Below, piece by piece: positions 46,603-60,544 of a DNA stretch of 64,000 nucleotides. Source of the DNA: Cetorhinus maximus (taxonomy: Eukaryota); contig NW_027596304.1 of NCBI RefSeq assembly GCF_964194155.1, positions 62,001 to 126,000 of the forward strand. Direction: 5' to 3'. Every line of letters begins with the position of its first letter. The first letter of the stretch is position 1. The position numbers were made by a program, and so were the translations under genes. Under the pieces are notes generated by a model, which made no database searches, was not told the origin of the DNA, and saw nothing but the letters and a program-made list of their open reading frames with translations.

Positions 46603-49600
46603 TCTCTCTCACATTCACCGCCTCATTCTCTCTTTGTCATTAACAGTCACACCATCCCTCATATTCTGCCACACTCTCTCACTCATTCTCTCACTCTAAC
46701 TCAGTCTCGCTATCCCTCTCTCTCCCTGTCTCTCATTCAGGTTCTTCCTCTCTCTCACATTCAGACTCTCCCTCTGTCTCTCTCACTCACGTTCTCCATC
46801 TGTCTCCCTCCCTTAGTCTCCCTCTCTCTCCCTCACGGTCGGTCTCCCCCTCTCTCTCCCTCTCACTCAGTTTCTCTCTCTCTCTCTCTCTCACATTCAC
46901 AGCCGCCATCTATCTCATGTTCATATGCTCGCCCCTCTCACATTAACATTCTCTACCTCTCTCTCTCACTCACAGTCACCCTCTCTCTCATTCACATTCT
47001 CCCGCAAACTCTCTCTCACTCACAACCTCCTTCTCTCTCCCACACATTCACAATCTCCCTCTCTCTCGCTCCGTTTCCATCTCTCGCTCACTAAGTCTCA
47101 CTCTCTCTCTCTTCAGATTCACAGCCTCCTTCTGTCTCTCTCACATTCAGAGATTCTCCCTAGCTAACTCAGTCTTCATCTCTCTCTATCACATTGTTCC
47201 CGATTTCCCTCTCACCCTCCATCCCACATATTCACATTTTCCCTCTCATTCACCCTCTCGCTATCTCCCTCTCTATCTCACTCACAGTCTACCTCTCTCC
47301 CACTCATTGTCTCCCTTTCTCACACTTTCAGTCCCCACCTTTCTCTCACATTCACTAGCTCCCTGTTTCTCACACTCACATTCTCTCTCTCTCTCAGTTC
47401 CATTACCGCTCTTTCTCCCACTGACTCACTTTCTCCTTCTCCCTCTCTCTCATTCAGTCTCCCTATCTCCATGACATTCACAATCTCCCTCTCTCTCTCT
47501 TTCACACACTCACAGCCAAACTCTCTCTCACATTCACAGCCTCCCATTTTCTTTCAAATACACAGCCTCCCTCTCTCTCTCCCTCACACATACACATTCT
47601 CCCTCTCTCTCTCTCTCTCACATAGTCTACCTCTCTCTCTGCCTCATATTTAGTCGCATTTTCTCTCTCACATTCTGAGTCACTCAGTCTCCTCTCACGC
47701 ACAGCCTCCTTTTCTCTAACTATTAGTCCCCATATCTTTCTCACATTCTTAGTCACCATCTCTCCACGTGACTCACTCTCCTCTGACTCACAGTCTCCAT
47801 CTCGTTCAATGTCAGTCCCAATCACACTCTCACATTCTCAGTCACCCTCTCTCCCTCACATTCACGCACACTCTCTCTCTCTGTCCTTCTCCCTCTCACA
47901 GCCTCAAATTATCCAAATCCCTCCCACTAACTCACATTCCAATTTCTCTCAGTTTCCCTTTCTCATTCACTCACATTCTCTCTTTCACACATTAGCAGTC
48001 ACCCTCTATCCCTTACATTCACTTTCCTCTCTTTCCGTCACATTCACAGTCCCCCCTCTCACACAGTCTCCCTCTTTCTCCCTCAATTTCACAGTCTCCC
48101 CCTCTCACACAGCTTCCATCTATCTCTCTCACATTCATAGTCTCCCTGTGTCTCTCTCAGACATCCAGAATCTCCCTCTCATTCTCTGACTCCCTCTCCC
48201 GCTGTCTCTCTCTCTCTCACTAAATTCTCCTCTCTTTCCACTCACAGTCTCCCTCTCGCACTCACAGTTTCACTCCGTCGCACTCACAGACTCACTTTCT
48301 CTCTCACACTCACAGGCGCCGTCACTCCCTGACTTTCAGTAGCCATCTCTCTCTCACCTTCTCAGGCAACTTCTCTCCCTCACATTCACATTATCGCTCT
48401 TCCTCTCTGACTCACTCACAGTCCCGTTCTCCCTCACAGATGCAAATTACCAAACTCTCTCCCACTAGCTCACAGTCCACTCTCCCTCATAGCCTCCCCC
48501 TCTCATTCACTCACGGTCTCCATCTCACACATTAGCAGTCTCCCTATCTCTTTGACGATCACATTCTCTCTCTCACATTCACAGCCACCTTCTGTCTCAC
48601 ACAGTCACTGTCTCCCTCCCTATCTCTCAAACAGTTTCCCTCTCTCACATTCACTGTTTCCCTCTCTCCGTCACATTCACAGTCTTTCTCTCTTATTAAC
48701 TCATCTCTTGCCTCTCTCTTTCACTCTCAGTCTCCCTCTCTCTCACTTTCAGTCCCCATCTCACTCTCACATTCGCAATCTCCCTCTGTCGTTTACAATC
48801 ACATTGTCCCTCTCTCACTAGCATTCACAGTCACCTCCTCTCAGTCACTCTCCCTCTTTCTCCCACGCAGTCTCCCTCTCTCTCTCACTCAAAGTCTCGC
48901 TCTCTCTCTCACACTCACCGTCTAACTCAGTCTCACTCACTGTCTCACTTTCTATCTCACACCCTCATGCGCCCTCACTCTCTCACTTTCAGACCCCATC
49001 TCTTTCTCTCACCTGCTCAGACACCCTCTTTCCCTCACATTCAATTTATCACTCTCTCTCTGACTCACTCACAGTCCCCGTCTCTCTCACAGATGCAATT
49101 AATTAACCCCTCCCATTAGCTCACAGACCACTCTTTCTCATTTCCTCCATCTCTCATTCACTTACAGTTTCTATCTCCCACATTAATAGTCTCCCTCACT
49201 CTCAGACCTTCACATTCTCCCTCTCCCACTCACATTCAGTCTCCGCCTCTCACATAGTCTCCCTCCCTCCCTCTCAGATTCATACTCTCCCTCTCCCTCA
49301 CACACACTCAGAATCTCCCATTCACACACTCATTCACTCACCCTCTCTCTCTCTCTCAGTGTCCCTCTCTCTCACTCAGTCTCCCTCTCTCTCTCTCACT
49401 CAAAGTCTCAATCTCTTTCTCACTCAAAGTCTCACTCTCTCTCTCACTCACAGTTTCACTCATTCGCACTCAGAGACTCACTTTCTCTCTCAAACTCACG
49501 GGTGCCCTCACTCTCTCACGTTCAGAACCCATCTATCTCTCACCTTGTCAGGCACCCTCTCTCCCTCTCATTCACATTATCTCTCTCCATCTCTGACTCA

Positions 49601-49815
49601 CTCACAGTCACTTTCTCTCTCACTGATGCAAATTACCCATCTCATTCTCACTAGCTCACAGTCCAATCTGTCTCAGAGCCTCCCTCTCTCATTCACTCAC
49701 CGTCTCCATCTCCCACATTAACAGTCTCACTCTCTCTGTGATATTCACATTCGCTGTCTCACATTCAAAGCCAACTTTTCTCTCACACATTCACAGTCTC
49801 CCTCCCTATCTCTCA
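39830..49815. repeat. ~10-kb CT-rich degenerate simple repeat (cacattcacagtctccctctctct-like)
   Basis: Continuous C/T-rich low-complexity sequence with pure (CT)n at ~45123-45172 and (CACT)n at ~42352-42408. Confidence 0.95.
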
Positions 49816-49819
49816 ATCT

Positions 49820-52800
49820 AACACCCCGGCATTGCTCTCTCATCCAACCGGCCCCTCTCCCTCTCGCCCAGGTCCCGCTCTATCTCTTCCGGCATGGCTC
49901 CTTAAACCCATGACCCGCTCTCTATCCAACCGGCCCCGCTAACTATCGCCCCGGCCCCACTCTATATACCCCCGGCCCTGTTCTCTATCCCCCCGGGCCC
50001 CGCTCTCTCTCCCCCTGGACATGCTCTCTATCCCCCCGTCCCCGGTCTCTATCCCCCCGGCCCCGCTCACTATCCCCCCGGCCCCGCTCTCTATCCCCCC
50101 GGCCCCGCTCTCTATCCCCCCGGCCCCTCTCTCTATCCCCCCGGCCCCACTCTCTATACCTCAGGCAACGTTTTCTCTCCTTCCAGCCTCGCTCGCACTC
50201 TATCCCCGGTCCCACTCATGATCTCCCTCCGCCCCCACTCAATCCCACCCTACAAATCTGTTCATTCTCACAGTCCGGCCTCGCTTGCTTTCACCCTCCG
50301 GCCCGGCTCTCTCACTCCCTCCGCCCCCGCTCACTCACTTCCCTGGCCCCTCTCGCTCTCTCACCCCAGCCATGCTTGTTCTCTTCCTCCAGCCCTGCTC
50401 GCTCTCTCTGTCCGGCCTCGATCGCTCTAATCCCACAGGCCCAGCTCTCTAAACCCCCGAGCCCTCTCTCTAGCTCCCACCCTAACTCTCTCACTACCCC
50501 GGCCCCGCTATCTCAACTCCCAGCAGCTTCCTCTGTCTCTCCGGCCACACTCTATATCAACCCGCCCCGCTATCTCTCCAACCGGCCCCTGTCTCTATCC
50601 GCCTGGATCCGTGCTCTCTCCCCCCAGTACCGTTCTCTAACACTATGGCCCAGCTCTATAGCCCCCTGGACCGTCTCTCTCGACCAGGCTCCGGTCCCTA
50701 TCCCCCCGCATGTGCTCTATTTTCTCCCAGCCCCGCTCTCTAAAACTACAGCCCCGCTCTCCAGCCCTCCGACTCCTCTCTCTATGCCCCAGGTCCGGCT
50801 CTCTTTCCCCCCGGTCCCTCTATCTAACACCCCGGTTGCACTCTGCGTCCCCCCAACCCCGCTCTCCCCGCACACTCTCCGTCCGGTCCCGCTCTCTTGT
50901 CCCACCAGCCCTGCTCTCTAAATCCAGGCCCCGAAAAATAACACCACGTTCCCACGCTCTAACTCCCGGCCCCGCTCTCTATTACCCCGCCCCCGCTCCC
51001 TATCACCCCGCCCCCGCTCTATATCACACCGCCCCCGCTCTCTAACACCCCTCCCCCGCTCTCTATCCCGCCATCCCCGCTCTCCATCCCCCCGGCCCCG
51101 CTCTCCATCCCCCCGGCCACGCTCTCTATCCCCCCGGCCCCGCTCTCTATACCGCCGGCCCCACTCTCTATCCCCCCGGCCCCAATCTCAATCCACCCGG
51201 CCAAGCTCTCTATCCAACCGGCTCCACACTCTATCCACACGGCCAAGCTTTCTATCCACCCAGCCACGCTCTCTATCCCCCCCGGCCCCGCTCTCTATTC
51301 CCCAGGCCCCGCTCTCTATCCCCCAGGCACCGCTCTCTATCCCCCCGGCCCCTCTCTCTACCCCACCGGCCCCGCTCTCTATCCCCTTGGCCCCAATCTC
51401 TCCCCCCGGCCCCGCACTCTATCCTCCCGGCCCCGCACTCTATCCTGCCGGGCCCGCTCTATATCCCGCCGGCCCCGCTCTCTATCCCCCCGGACCCGCT
51501 CTCTATCCCTCCGGCCCCGCTCTCTATCCCCCGGGCCCCGCTCTCTATTCCTCCAGCCCAGCTCTCCATCCCACCGGCCCCGCTCTCTATCCCCCCGGCC
51601 CAGCTCAATATCCCCCCGGCCCTGCTCTCTATCCCCCCGGCCCCGCTCTCTATCCCCCCGGTCATGCTCTCTATTCCCTCAGCCCCACTCTCTATCCCCC
51701 CAGCCCCGCTCTCTACCCCCCCGGTCCCGCTCTCTATTCCCTCGGCCCCGTTCTCAATCCCCCCGGTCCCGCTCTCTATCCCGCCGGCCCCGGTCTCTAT
51801 CCCGCCGGCCCCGCTCTCTACCACCCTGGCCCCGGTCTCTATCCCCCCGGCCCCGCTCTCTCTCCTCCCGGCCCCGCTCTCTATCCCGCCGGTCCCGCTC
51901 TCTATCCCCCCGGAGCCGCTCTCTATCCCACCGGCCCCGCTCTCTATCCCCCCGACCCCGCTCTCTATTCCCCCAGCCCCGCTCTCTATCCCCCCGGCCC
52001 CGCTCTCTATCCCACCGGTCCCGCTCTCTATCCCCCCGGCCCCGCTCTCTATCCCGCCAGACCCCGTTCTCTATCCCACCGGCCCCGCTCACTATCACCC
52101 CGGCCCCTTTCTCTATCCCCCCGGCCCCGTTCTCAATCCCCCCGGCCCTGCTCTCTATCCCACCGGCCCCGCTCTCTATCCCCCCGGCCGCGCTCTCTAT
52201 CCCCCCGGACCTCGCTCTCTATTTCCCCGGCCCCTGTCTCTATCGCCCCTGCCCCGTACACTCTCCGCCGGTCCCCGCTCTCTATCCCCTCGGCCCCGCG
52301 AGCAATCGCCCCCGGCCTCGCTTACTATACATCCGGCCCCGCTCTCTATCACCCCGGCCCCGCTCACTATCCCCCCGGCCCCGCTCTCTATCCCCCCGGC
52401 CCCGCTCTCTATCCCCCCGGCCCCGCTCTCTACCACTGGCCCCGCTCTCTATCAACCCGTCCGCACTCTCTATACCCCCACCCCAACCACTATCCCCCCA
52501 GCCCTGCTCTCTAACCCCCGGGCCCTGCTATCTATCCATCTGGCCCCGCTCTCTATCCCCTCGGCCCCGGCCTCTATCCCCCAGGCACGGCTCTCTCTCC
52601 CCCCAGCCCCGCTCTCTATCCCCCCGGCCCCGATCTCTATCCCCACGGCCCCGCTCTCTATCCCCCGACCCCGTTCTCTATCCCACCGGCCACGCTCTCT
52701 ATCCCACCGGCCACGCTCTCTATCCCCCCCTCCCCGCTCTCTATCCACCCGGTCCATCACTCTATTCCCCAGGCCCCGATCTCTCTCCCACAGGCCCCGC

Positions 52801-55800
52801 TCTCTATCACCCCGGCCACGCTATCTATCCCCCCGGTCCCGCTATCTATCCACCCTGCACTGCTCTCTATCCCCACAGCCCCGCTCTCTATACACCCGGC
52901 CCCACTCTCTATCCCCACGGCCCCGCTCTCTATCCCCACGGCCCCGCTCTCTATCCCACCGGCCAAGCTCTCTATCCACACGGCCCCACTCTCTATAAAC
53001 CCGGCCACGCTCTCTATCCCCCCGGCCCCGCTCTCTATCCCCCTGGCCCCGCTCTCTATCCCCCCGGCCCCGCTCTCTATCCCCCCGGCCCCGCTCTCTA
53101 TCCCCCGGCCCCGCTATCTATCCCCTCGGCCCCGCTCTCTATCCCCCCTGCCCCGCTCTCTATCCCCCCGGCCTCGCTCTCTATCGCCCCGGCCCCGCTC
53201 TCTATCCCCCCGGCCCCGCTCTCTATCCCCCCGGCCCCGCTCTCTATCCCCACGGCCCCGCTCTCTATCCCACCGGCCAAGCTCTCTATCCACACGGCCC
53301 CACTCTCTATCACCCCGGCCACGCTCTCTCTCCCCCCGGAACCCGCTCTCTATCCCCCCGGCACTGCTCTCTATCCAGACTGCCCCGCTCTCCATACCTC
53401 AGGCAGCGGTTTCTCTCCATCCAGCCTCGCTCGCACTCTATCCCCGGTCCGACTCACAATCTCCCTTCGGCCCCAGTCATTCTCTTCCTCCGGCACTGCT
53501 CAATCCCACTCTACAAATCAGCTCACTCTCACACTACGTTCTCGCTTGCTCTCTCCCTCCTGCCCAGTTCTCTCACTCCCTACATCCCCGCTCACCCTCT
53601 CCCCGGCCCCTCTTGCTCTCTCACCCCAGCCATGCTCTTTCTCTTCCTCCAGCCCTGCTCGCTCTCTCTGTCCGGCCTCGATCGCTCTTATCCCACAGGC
53701 CAAGCTCTGTAAACCCCCGACCCCTCCCTCTAGCTCCCGCCCTCGCTCTCTCACTACCCCGGTCCCGCTCACTCAACTCCCGGCCGCGCCCTCTGTCTCC
53801 CCAGCCACACTCTCTATCAACCCACCCCGCCATCTCTCCGACGGGCCCCAGTCCCTAGCCGCCCGGCTCCGTGCTCTCTCCCCCCAGTACCGCTCTCTAA
53901 CACTATCGCCCAGATCTATAGCCCCCTGGACCGGCTCTCTCGACCAGGCTCCGGTCCCTATCCCCCCGCCTGTGCTCTATTTTCTCCCGGCCCCGCTCTC
54001 TAAAACTACAGCCTCGCTCTCCCGCCCTCCGGCTCTTCTCTCTATGCCCCCTGTCCGGCTCTCTTTCCCCCGGTCCTGCTCTCTAACACCCCGGATGCGC
54101 TCTGCCTCCCCCCGACCCTGCTCTCCCCGCACTCTCTCCGCCCGGTCCCGCTCTCTCGTCCCACCAGCCTTGCTCTCTAACCCCCGGCCCTGAAAAATAA
54201 CACCACGTTCCCACGCTCTAAACCGAGGCCCCGCTCTCTATTATCCTGGACGAGCTTTCTATCCCCTCGGCCCCGCTCTTTAACTCCCGGCCCAGATCTC
54301 TAATTCCGGCCCCTCTCTCCCTCCAACTGGCTACGCTCTCTTTCCACTGGCGCCGCCTTCTAACCCCCCGGCATTGCTCTCTCATTCCCCCGGCCCCGCT
54401 CTCTCTCGCGCAAGTCCCGCTCTATCTCTCCCCGGCCTGGCTCCCTAAACGCAGCACCTGCTCTCTATCCACACGGCCCTGCTCTCTAACCCCCCAGCAC
54501 CTCTCTCTATCCCCCCGGCCCCGCTCTCAACCCCACCGGCCACGCTCTCCCTCCCACTGGCCCCGCTCCCTATCCACCCGGCCACACTCTCTATCCCACC
54601 GGCCCCAATCTCTATCACCCCAGCCTCGCTCTATATCCCCCTGGCCCCACGCTCTATCCCGCTGGCCGCGCTCTCTAACTCCCGGCCCCGCTCTATATCC
54701 CCCGGCCCCGCTCTCTATCCCCCCGGCCGTGCTCTCTATCCCCCCAGCCCCTCTCTCTATCCCCCCGGCCCCGGTCTCGCCCCGCTCTCTATTCCCGCAG
54801 CCCTGCCCTCTACCCCCCCGTCCCCTCTCTCTATCCCCCCAGCCCCGCTCTCTATCCCCCCGGCCCCGCTCTCTATCTCCCCGTCCCCGCTCTCGATCCC
54901 GCTGGCCCCGCTCTCTATCACCCCGTCTCCGCTCCATCTAACCCCAGCACCGCTCTATATCCCCACGGCCCCGCTCTCTATTTCCAAGGCTCCGCTCTCT
55001 ATTCCTCAGGCCGCGGTTTCTCTCCATCCAGCCTCGCTCGCACTCTATCCCATGTCGCACTCACAATCTCCCTCCTGCCCCATTCATTCTCTTACTCCGG
55101 CCCCGCTCAATCTCACCCTACAAATGTGCTCACTCTCACACTCCGGCCTCGATTGCTCTCTCCCTCCGGCCCGTCTCTGTCACTCCCTCCATCACCGCTC
55201 AGTGACTTACCATATTCTAACACTATGGCCCAGCTATATAGCCCCTTGGACCGGCTCTCTCGACCAGGCTCCACTCCCTATCCCCACTCCTGTGCTCTAT
55301 TTTCTCCCGGGCCCGCACTCTGAAACTACAGCCCCAGTCTCTCGCCCCCCGGCCCCTCACTCTATGCCCCCTGTCCGGCTCTCTTTCCCCCGGTTCCGCT
55401 CTGCCTCCACCCGACCCCGCTCTCCCTGCACTCTCTCCGCCCGTTCCCGCTCTGTCGTCCCACCAGCCTTGCTCTCTAACCCCCGGCCCCGAAAAATAAC
55501 ACAACGTTCCCACGGTCTAAACCCAGGCCCCGCTCTCTATTATCCTGGCTGCGCTTTCTATCGCCTCAGACCCGCTCTTTAACTCCCGGCCCAGATCTCT
55601 AATCGCAGCCTCTCTCTCCCTCCAACTGGCTATGCTCTCTTTCCACTGGCGCCGCCTTCTAACCCCCCGGCATTGCTCTCTCATTCCCCCGGCCCCCCTC
55701 TCTCTCGCCCACGTTCCGCTCTATCTCTCCCCGGCCTGGCTCCCTAAATGCAGCACCCGCTCTCTATCCCCACTGCCCCGCTCTCTGACCCCCCCAGCCG

Positions 55801-58800
55801 CACTCTCTATCCCCCCGGCCCCGCTCTCAATCCCCCCGGCCCCGCTCTCTCTCCCCCCAGCCCAGCTCTCTATCCCCCCGGCCCCTCTCTCTATCCCCCC
55901 GGCTCCAATCTCTATCCCCCCGGTCCCGCTCTCTAACACACCGGCCCCGCTCTCTATACCCCCGGCCCCGCTCTCTATCCCCCCGGCCCCAATCTCTCTG
56001 CACCCGGCCCCGCTCTCTATCCCCCAGGCCCAGCTCTCTCAAACCTGGCCCAGCAGTCTATCCCTCCGGCCCCGCAGTCTATCCCCCCGGCCCCGCAGTC
56101 TATCCCCCCGGCCGCGCTCTCTGTCCCCCCAACCCCGCTCTCTATCCCCCCGGCCCCGCTCTCTATCCACCCGGCCCCACTCTCTATCTCCCCGGCCCCG
56201 CTCTCTATCCCCCCGGCCCCGCTCACGAACACACCGGCCCCGCTCTCTATCACCCCGGCCCCGCTCTCTATCCCCCCGGCCCCGCTCTCTCTCCCACTGG
56301 CCCCGCTCTCTATCCCCCTGGCCCCGCACTCTATCACGCCAGCACGCTCTCTATCACCCGGCCCCGCTCTCTATCCCCCCGGCCCCGCTCTCTATCCCCT
56401 CAGCCCCGCTCTCTATCCCCACCTGCCCCGCTCTCTATCAACCCGGCCTCGCTCTCTACCCCCCCCGGCACTGCTCTCTATCCCCACCTGCCCCGCTCTC
56501 TATCAACCTGGCCTCGCTCTCTACCCCCCCCCGGCACTGCTCTCTATCCAGCCTGCCCCGCTCTCTATACGTCAGCAACGGTTTCTCTCTATCCAGCCTC
56601 GCTCGCACTCTATCCCCGTTTCCAATCATTCTCTTACTCCGGCCACGCTCAATCCCACCCTACAAATCTGCTCACTCTCACACTCCAGCCTCGCTTGCTC
56701 TCTCCCTGCGGCCCGGCTCTCTCACTCTCTCTGTCCCCGCTCTCACTTCCCTGGCACCTCTCATTCTCTCACCCCAGCCGTGCTCTTTCTCTTCCTCCAG
56801 CCCTGCTCACTCTCTCTGTCAGGCCTCGATCGCTCTTATCCCACAGGCACAGCTCTCTAAATACCCGACCCTTCTCTCTAGCCCCCGCCCTCACTCTCTC
56901 ACTACCCCGGTCCCGCTCTCTCAACTACCGGCCTCGCCCTCTGTCTCTCCGGCCACACACTCTATCAACCCGTCCCTCTACCACTCCCACCAGCCCCAGT
57001 CTCTATCCGCCCGGCTCCGTGCTCTCTCCCCCCAGTACCGCTCTCTAACACTATGGCCCAGCTCTATAGCCCCCTGGACCGGCTCTCTCGACCAAGCTCC
57101 GTTCCCTATCCCCTCGCCTGCGCTCTATTTTCTCCCGGCCCCGCTCTCTGAAACTACAGCCCCGCTCTCTCGCCCCCCCGGCCCCTCTCTCTATGCCCCC
57201 GGTCCGGCTCTCTTTCCCCCAGTTCCGCTCTCTAACACACCGGGGGCGCTCTGACTCCCCCCAACCCCTCTCTCCCCGCACTCTCTCTGCCCGGTCCCGC
57301 TCTCTCGTCCCACCAACCCTGCTCTCTAACCCCCGGCCCCACTCTCTATTATCCTGGCCGCGCTCTCTATCCCCTCGGCCCCGCTCTTTAACTCCCAGCC
57401 CAGATCTCTAATCCCGGCCCAGCTCTCCCTCCAACTGCCTCTGCTCTCTTTCCCCTGCCGCCGCCTTCATACCCCCCGGCATTGCTCTCTCATCACCCCT
57501 GCCCCGCTCTCTCTTCCCCCTGGCCCCGCTCTATCTCTCCCCGTCCTGGCTTCCTAAACCCAGGACCCACTCTCTATCTCCCCGGCCCCGCTCTCAGTTC
57601 CACCAGCCCCGCTCTCACTCCACATGGCCCAGCTCTCAATCCCCCCGGCCCCACTCTCTTTCCCCCCAGCCCCTCTCTCTCTCCCCCCGGCCCCGCTGTC
57701 TCTACACCCGGCCCCACTCTCTCTCTCCCCGGCCCCGGTCTCTATCCTCCCGGACACAATCTCTATCCCGCCTGCCCAACACTCTATCACCCCGGCCCAG
57801 CTCCCACAATCCCGGCCACGCACACTATTCCCCCAGCCCCGCTCTCTGTCCCCCCGGCCCCGCTCTCTGTCCCCACGGCCCTGCTCTCTATCCCAACGGC
57901 ACCGCTTTCTATATCACCAGCCCCGCACTCTATCCCCCTGGCCCCGCTCTCTATCCCCCCAGCCCCGCTCACTATCCCACCGGCCCCGCTCTCTATACCC
58001 CCAGCCCCGCACTCTATCACCCCGGCCCCGATTTCTATCCCCCAGGCCCCGCTCTCTATCGCCCCGGCCCCGCTCACTATCCCCCCGGCCCCGCTCTCTA
58101 TCCCCCCGGCCCCGCTCTCTATCCCCCCGGCCCCGCTCTCTATCCCCCCGGCCCCGTTCTCTATCATCCCTGCCCCACGCTCTATCCCACTGGCCCCGCT
58201 CTCTATCACCCCGTCCCCGCTCTATATCCCCCTGGCCCCGCTCTCTACCATCCCCTGCCCCGCTCTCCATCACCCCGTCCCCACTCTCTAACCTCCCGGC
58301 CCTGCTCTCTATCCCCCCCGGCCCAGCTCTCTATCACCCCGGCACTGATCTCTATCTAGCCTGCCCTGCTCTCTATACCTCAGGCAACGGTTTCTCTCCA
58401 TCCAGCCTTGCTCGCACTCTATCCCCGGTCCCACTCACAATCTCCCTCTGGCCCCACTCATTCTCTTACTTCGGCCCCGGTCAATCCCACCCTACAAATC
58501 TGCTCGCTCTCACACTCCGGCCTCGCTTGCTCTGTCCCTCCGGCCCGGCTCTCTCACTCCCTCCGTCCCCGCTCTCACTTCCCTGGCATCTCTCGCTCTC
58601 TCACCCCAGCCGTGCTCTTTCTTTTCCTCCAACCCTGCTCTCTCTCTCTGTCCGGCCTCGATCGCTCTTATTCCACAGGCCCAGGTCTCTAAACCCCCGA
58701 CCCCTCTCTCTAGCCCCCGCCCTCGCTCTCTCACTACCCCGGCCCCGCTCTCTCAATTCCCGGCCGCGTCCTATGTCTCTCCCACCACACTCTCTATCAA

Positions 58801-60535
58801 CCCACCCCACTATCTCTCCCTAAGGCCCCAGTCTCTATCCACCTGCCTCCGTGCTCTCTCCCCCCAGTACCGTTCTCTAACACTATGGCCCAGCTCTATA
58901 GCCCCCTGGACCGGCTCTCTCGACAAGGCTCTGCTCCCTAATAGAGCCTGCGCTGTATTTTCTCAAGGCCCCGCTCTCTTAAACTATAGCCCCTCTCTCC
59001 CGCTCCCCGGCTCCTCTCTCTATGCCCCCGGTCCGGCTCTCTTTCCCACTGGTCCATCTCTCTAACACTTCGCATGCACTCTGCCTCCCCCCAACCCCGC
59101 TCTCCCCGCACTCTCTCCGCCCTGTCCCGCTCTCTCGTCCCACCAACCCTGCTCTCTAACCCCCGGCCCCGAATAATAACACCACGTTCCCAAGCTCTAA
59201 ACTCTGGCCCCGCTCTCTATTATCCTGGCCGCGGTCTCTATCCCCCCGGCCCCGCTCTCTAACTCCCGGCCCAGATCTCTAATCCCGGCCCCGCTCTCCC
59301 TCCAACTGGCTCTGCTCTCTTTCCCCTGCCTCCGCCTTCTAACCACCCGGCATTGCTCTCTCATCACCCCGGCCCCGCTCTCTATCACTCAGGTCCCGCT
59401 CTATCTTTCTCCGGCCTGGCTCCCTAAACCCAGGACCCGCTCTCTATCCCCTCGGCCCCGCTCTCTATCCCCCCGGCCCAGCTCTCTATCCCCCCATCCC
59501 CACTGTCTCTCCCCCCGGCCCTGCTCTCTATCCCGCCGGCCCCGCTCTCTAACCCCCCGGCCCCACTCTCTATCCTCCCGGCCCTGTTCTATCTCCCCCC
59601 GTCCCCACTATCAATCCCCGCGGCCCCGCTCTCTATCCCCCCGTCTCCGTTCTATCTCCCACCGTCCCCGCTATCTATCCCCCCGTCCCCACTCTCTGTC
59701 CGCCCGGCCCCGCTCTCTATCCCCCCGGCCGCGCTCACTCTCTCCCTCCGACCCGGCTCACTTTCACGCAGCCCCCAGATCAGTCTCTCCCTCTGGCACC
59801 GCATTTTCTCTCCCATCGGCCCCGCTCTCTCTCTCACTGCGTCCCCATTCATACTATCACTGCATCCCCACTCGTACTATCACTGCGTGCCCACTCTCTC
59901 TCTCCCTCCCGCCTCACTCGTTCCCTTACTCCGGCCCCGTGAACTCTCTCCCTCCGACCCCACTTGCGCTCTTCCTCTGAACTTGCTCACTCTCTCCCCC
60001 CAACCACGCTCACTCTCTCCCTCTGGCTCATCTCACTCTCTCTCACCGGCGGCGTTCGGTCTCTCCCATCGGACCCACTCAATCTCTCCCTCTTAACCAG
60101 CTCGCTCACTCCCTCTAGCCCCTCTCGCTCACTCCCTCTGGCCCCCCTCGCTCACCTCCTCTGACCCCCCTCGCTCACTCCCTCTGGCCCCACTCACTCA
60201 CTCCCTCCAGCCCCGCTCACTCACACGCTGTGGCTTCGCCTGCTCACTCCCTCCTTCCCCAATCCCTTTCTCTCTCTCTTGCCTTGTGGTCCGCCCGCCC
60301 GCCTGCCCGCCCGGTCCGGACGGCCTGGACCACTGGCTGGCCCCTCTCTCTCCCCCAGCTCCTTGCTCTCACCTCAGCCCCACTCTCACCCCCACCTGGT
60401 CCTGGCTCTCTCCACCACCGACCCCATTCTACAACCATCGGCCCCACTCACATCACCCCCCCGGCCACTCTCTCTCCTCCCGCCCCCCTGCTCTCTACCC
60501 CCCGGCCGCCCTCTCTACCTACAGCTCCGCTCTTG
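49820..60535. repeat. 21-bp C-rich minisatellite (CCCCGCTCTCTATCCCCCCGG) with higher-order blocks
   Basis: Many 21-mer units (ORFs read PPGPALY/PAPLSIP heptads) interleaved with a ~1-kb block starting tcaggcaacgg(t)ttctctcc at ~50161, 53399, 55005, 56571 and 58380. Confidence 0.95.
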
Positions 60536-60544
60536 TAACAGCCT

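Noticed and set aside
39918-49721. Many long Ser/Leu/His-rich ORFs (up to 289 aa)
   Set aside because: CT-rich simple sequence lacks stop codons by composition.
51387-58823. Pro-rich ORFs of 375-540 aa (PPGPALY/PAPLSIP) resembling collagen, extensin or the Pol II CTD
   Set aside because: A 21-bp minisatellite open in all frames, with frequent frame switches. There is no Gly-X-Y or YSPTSPS register.
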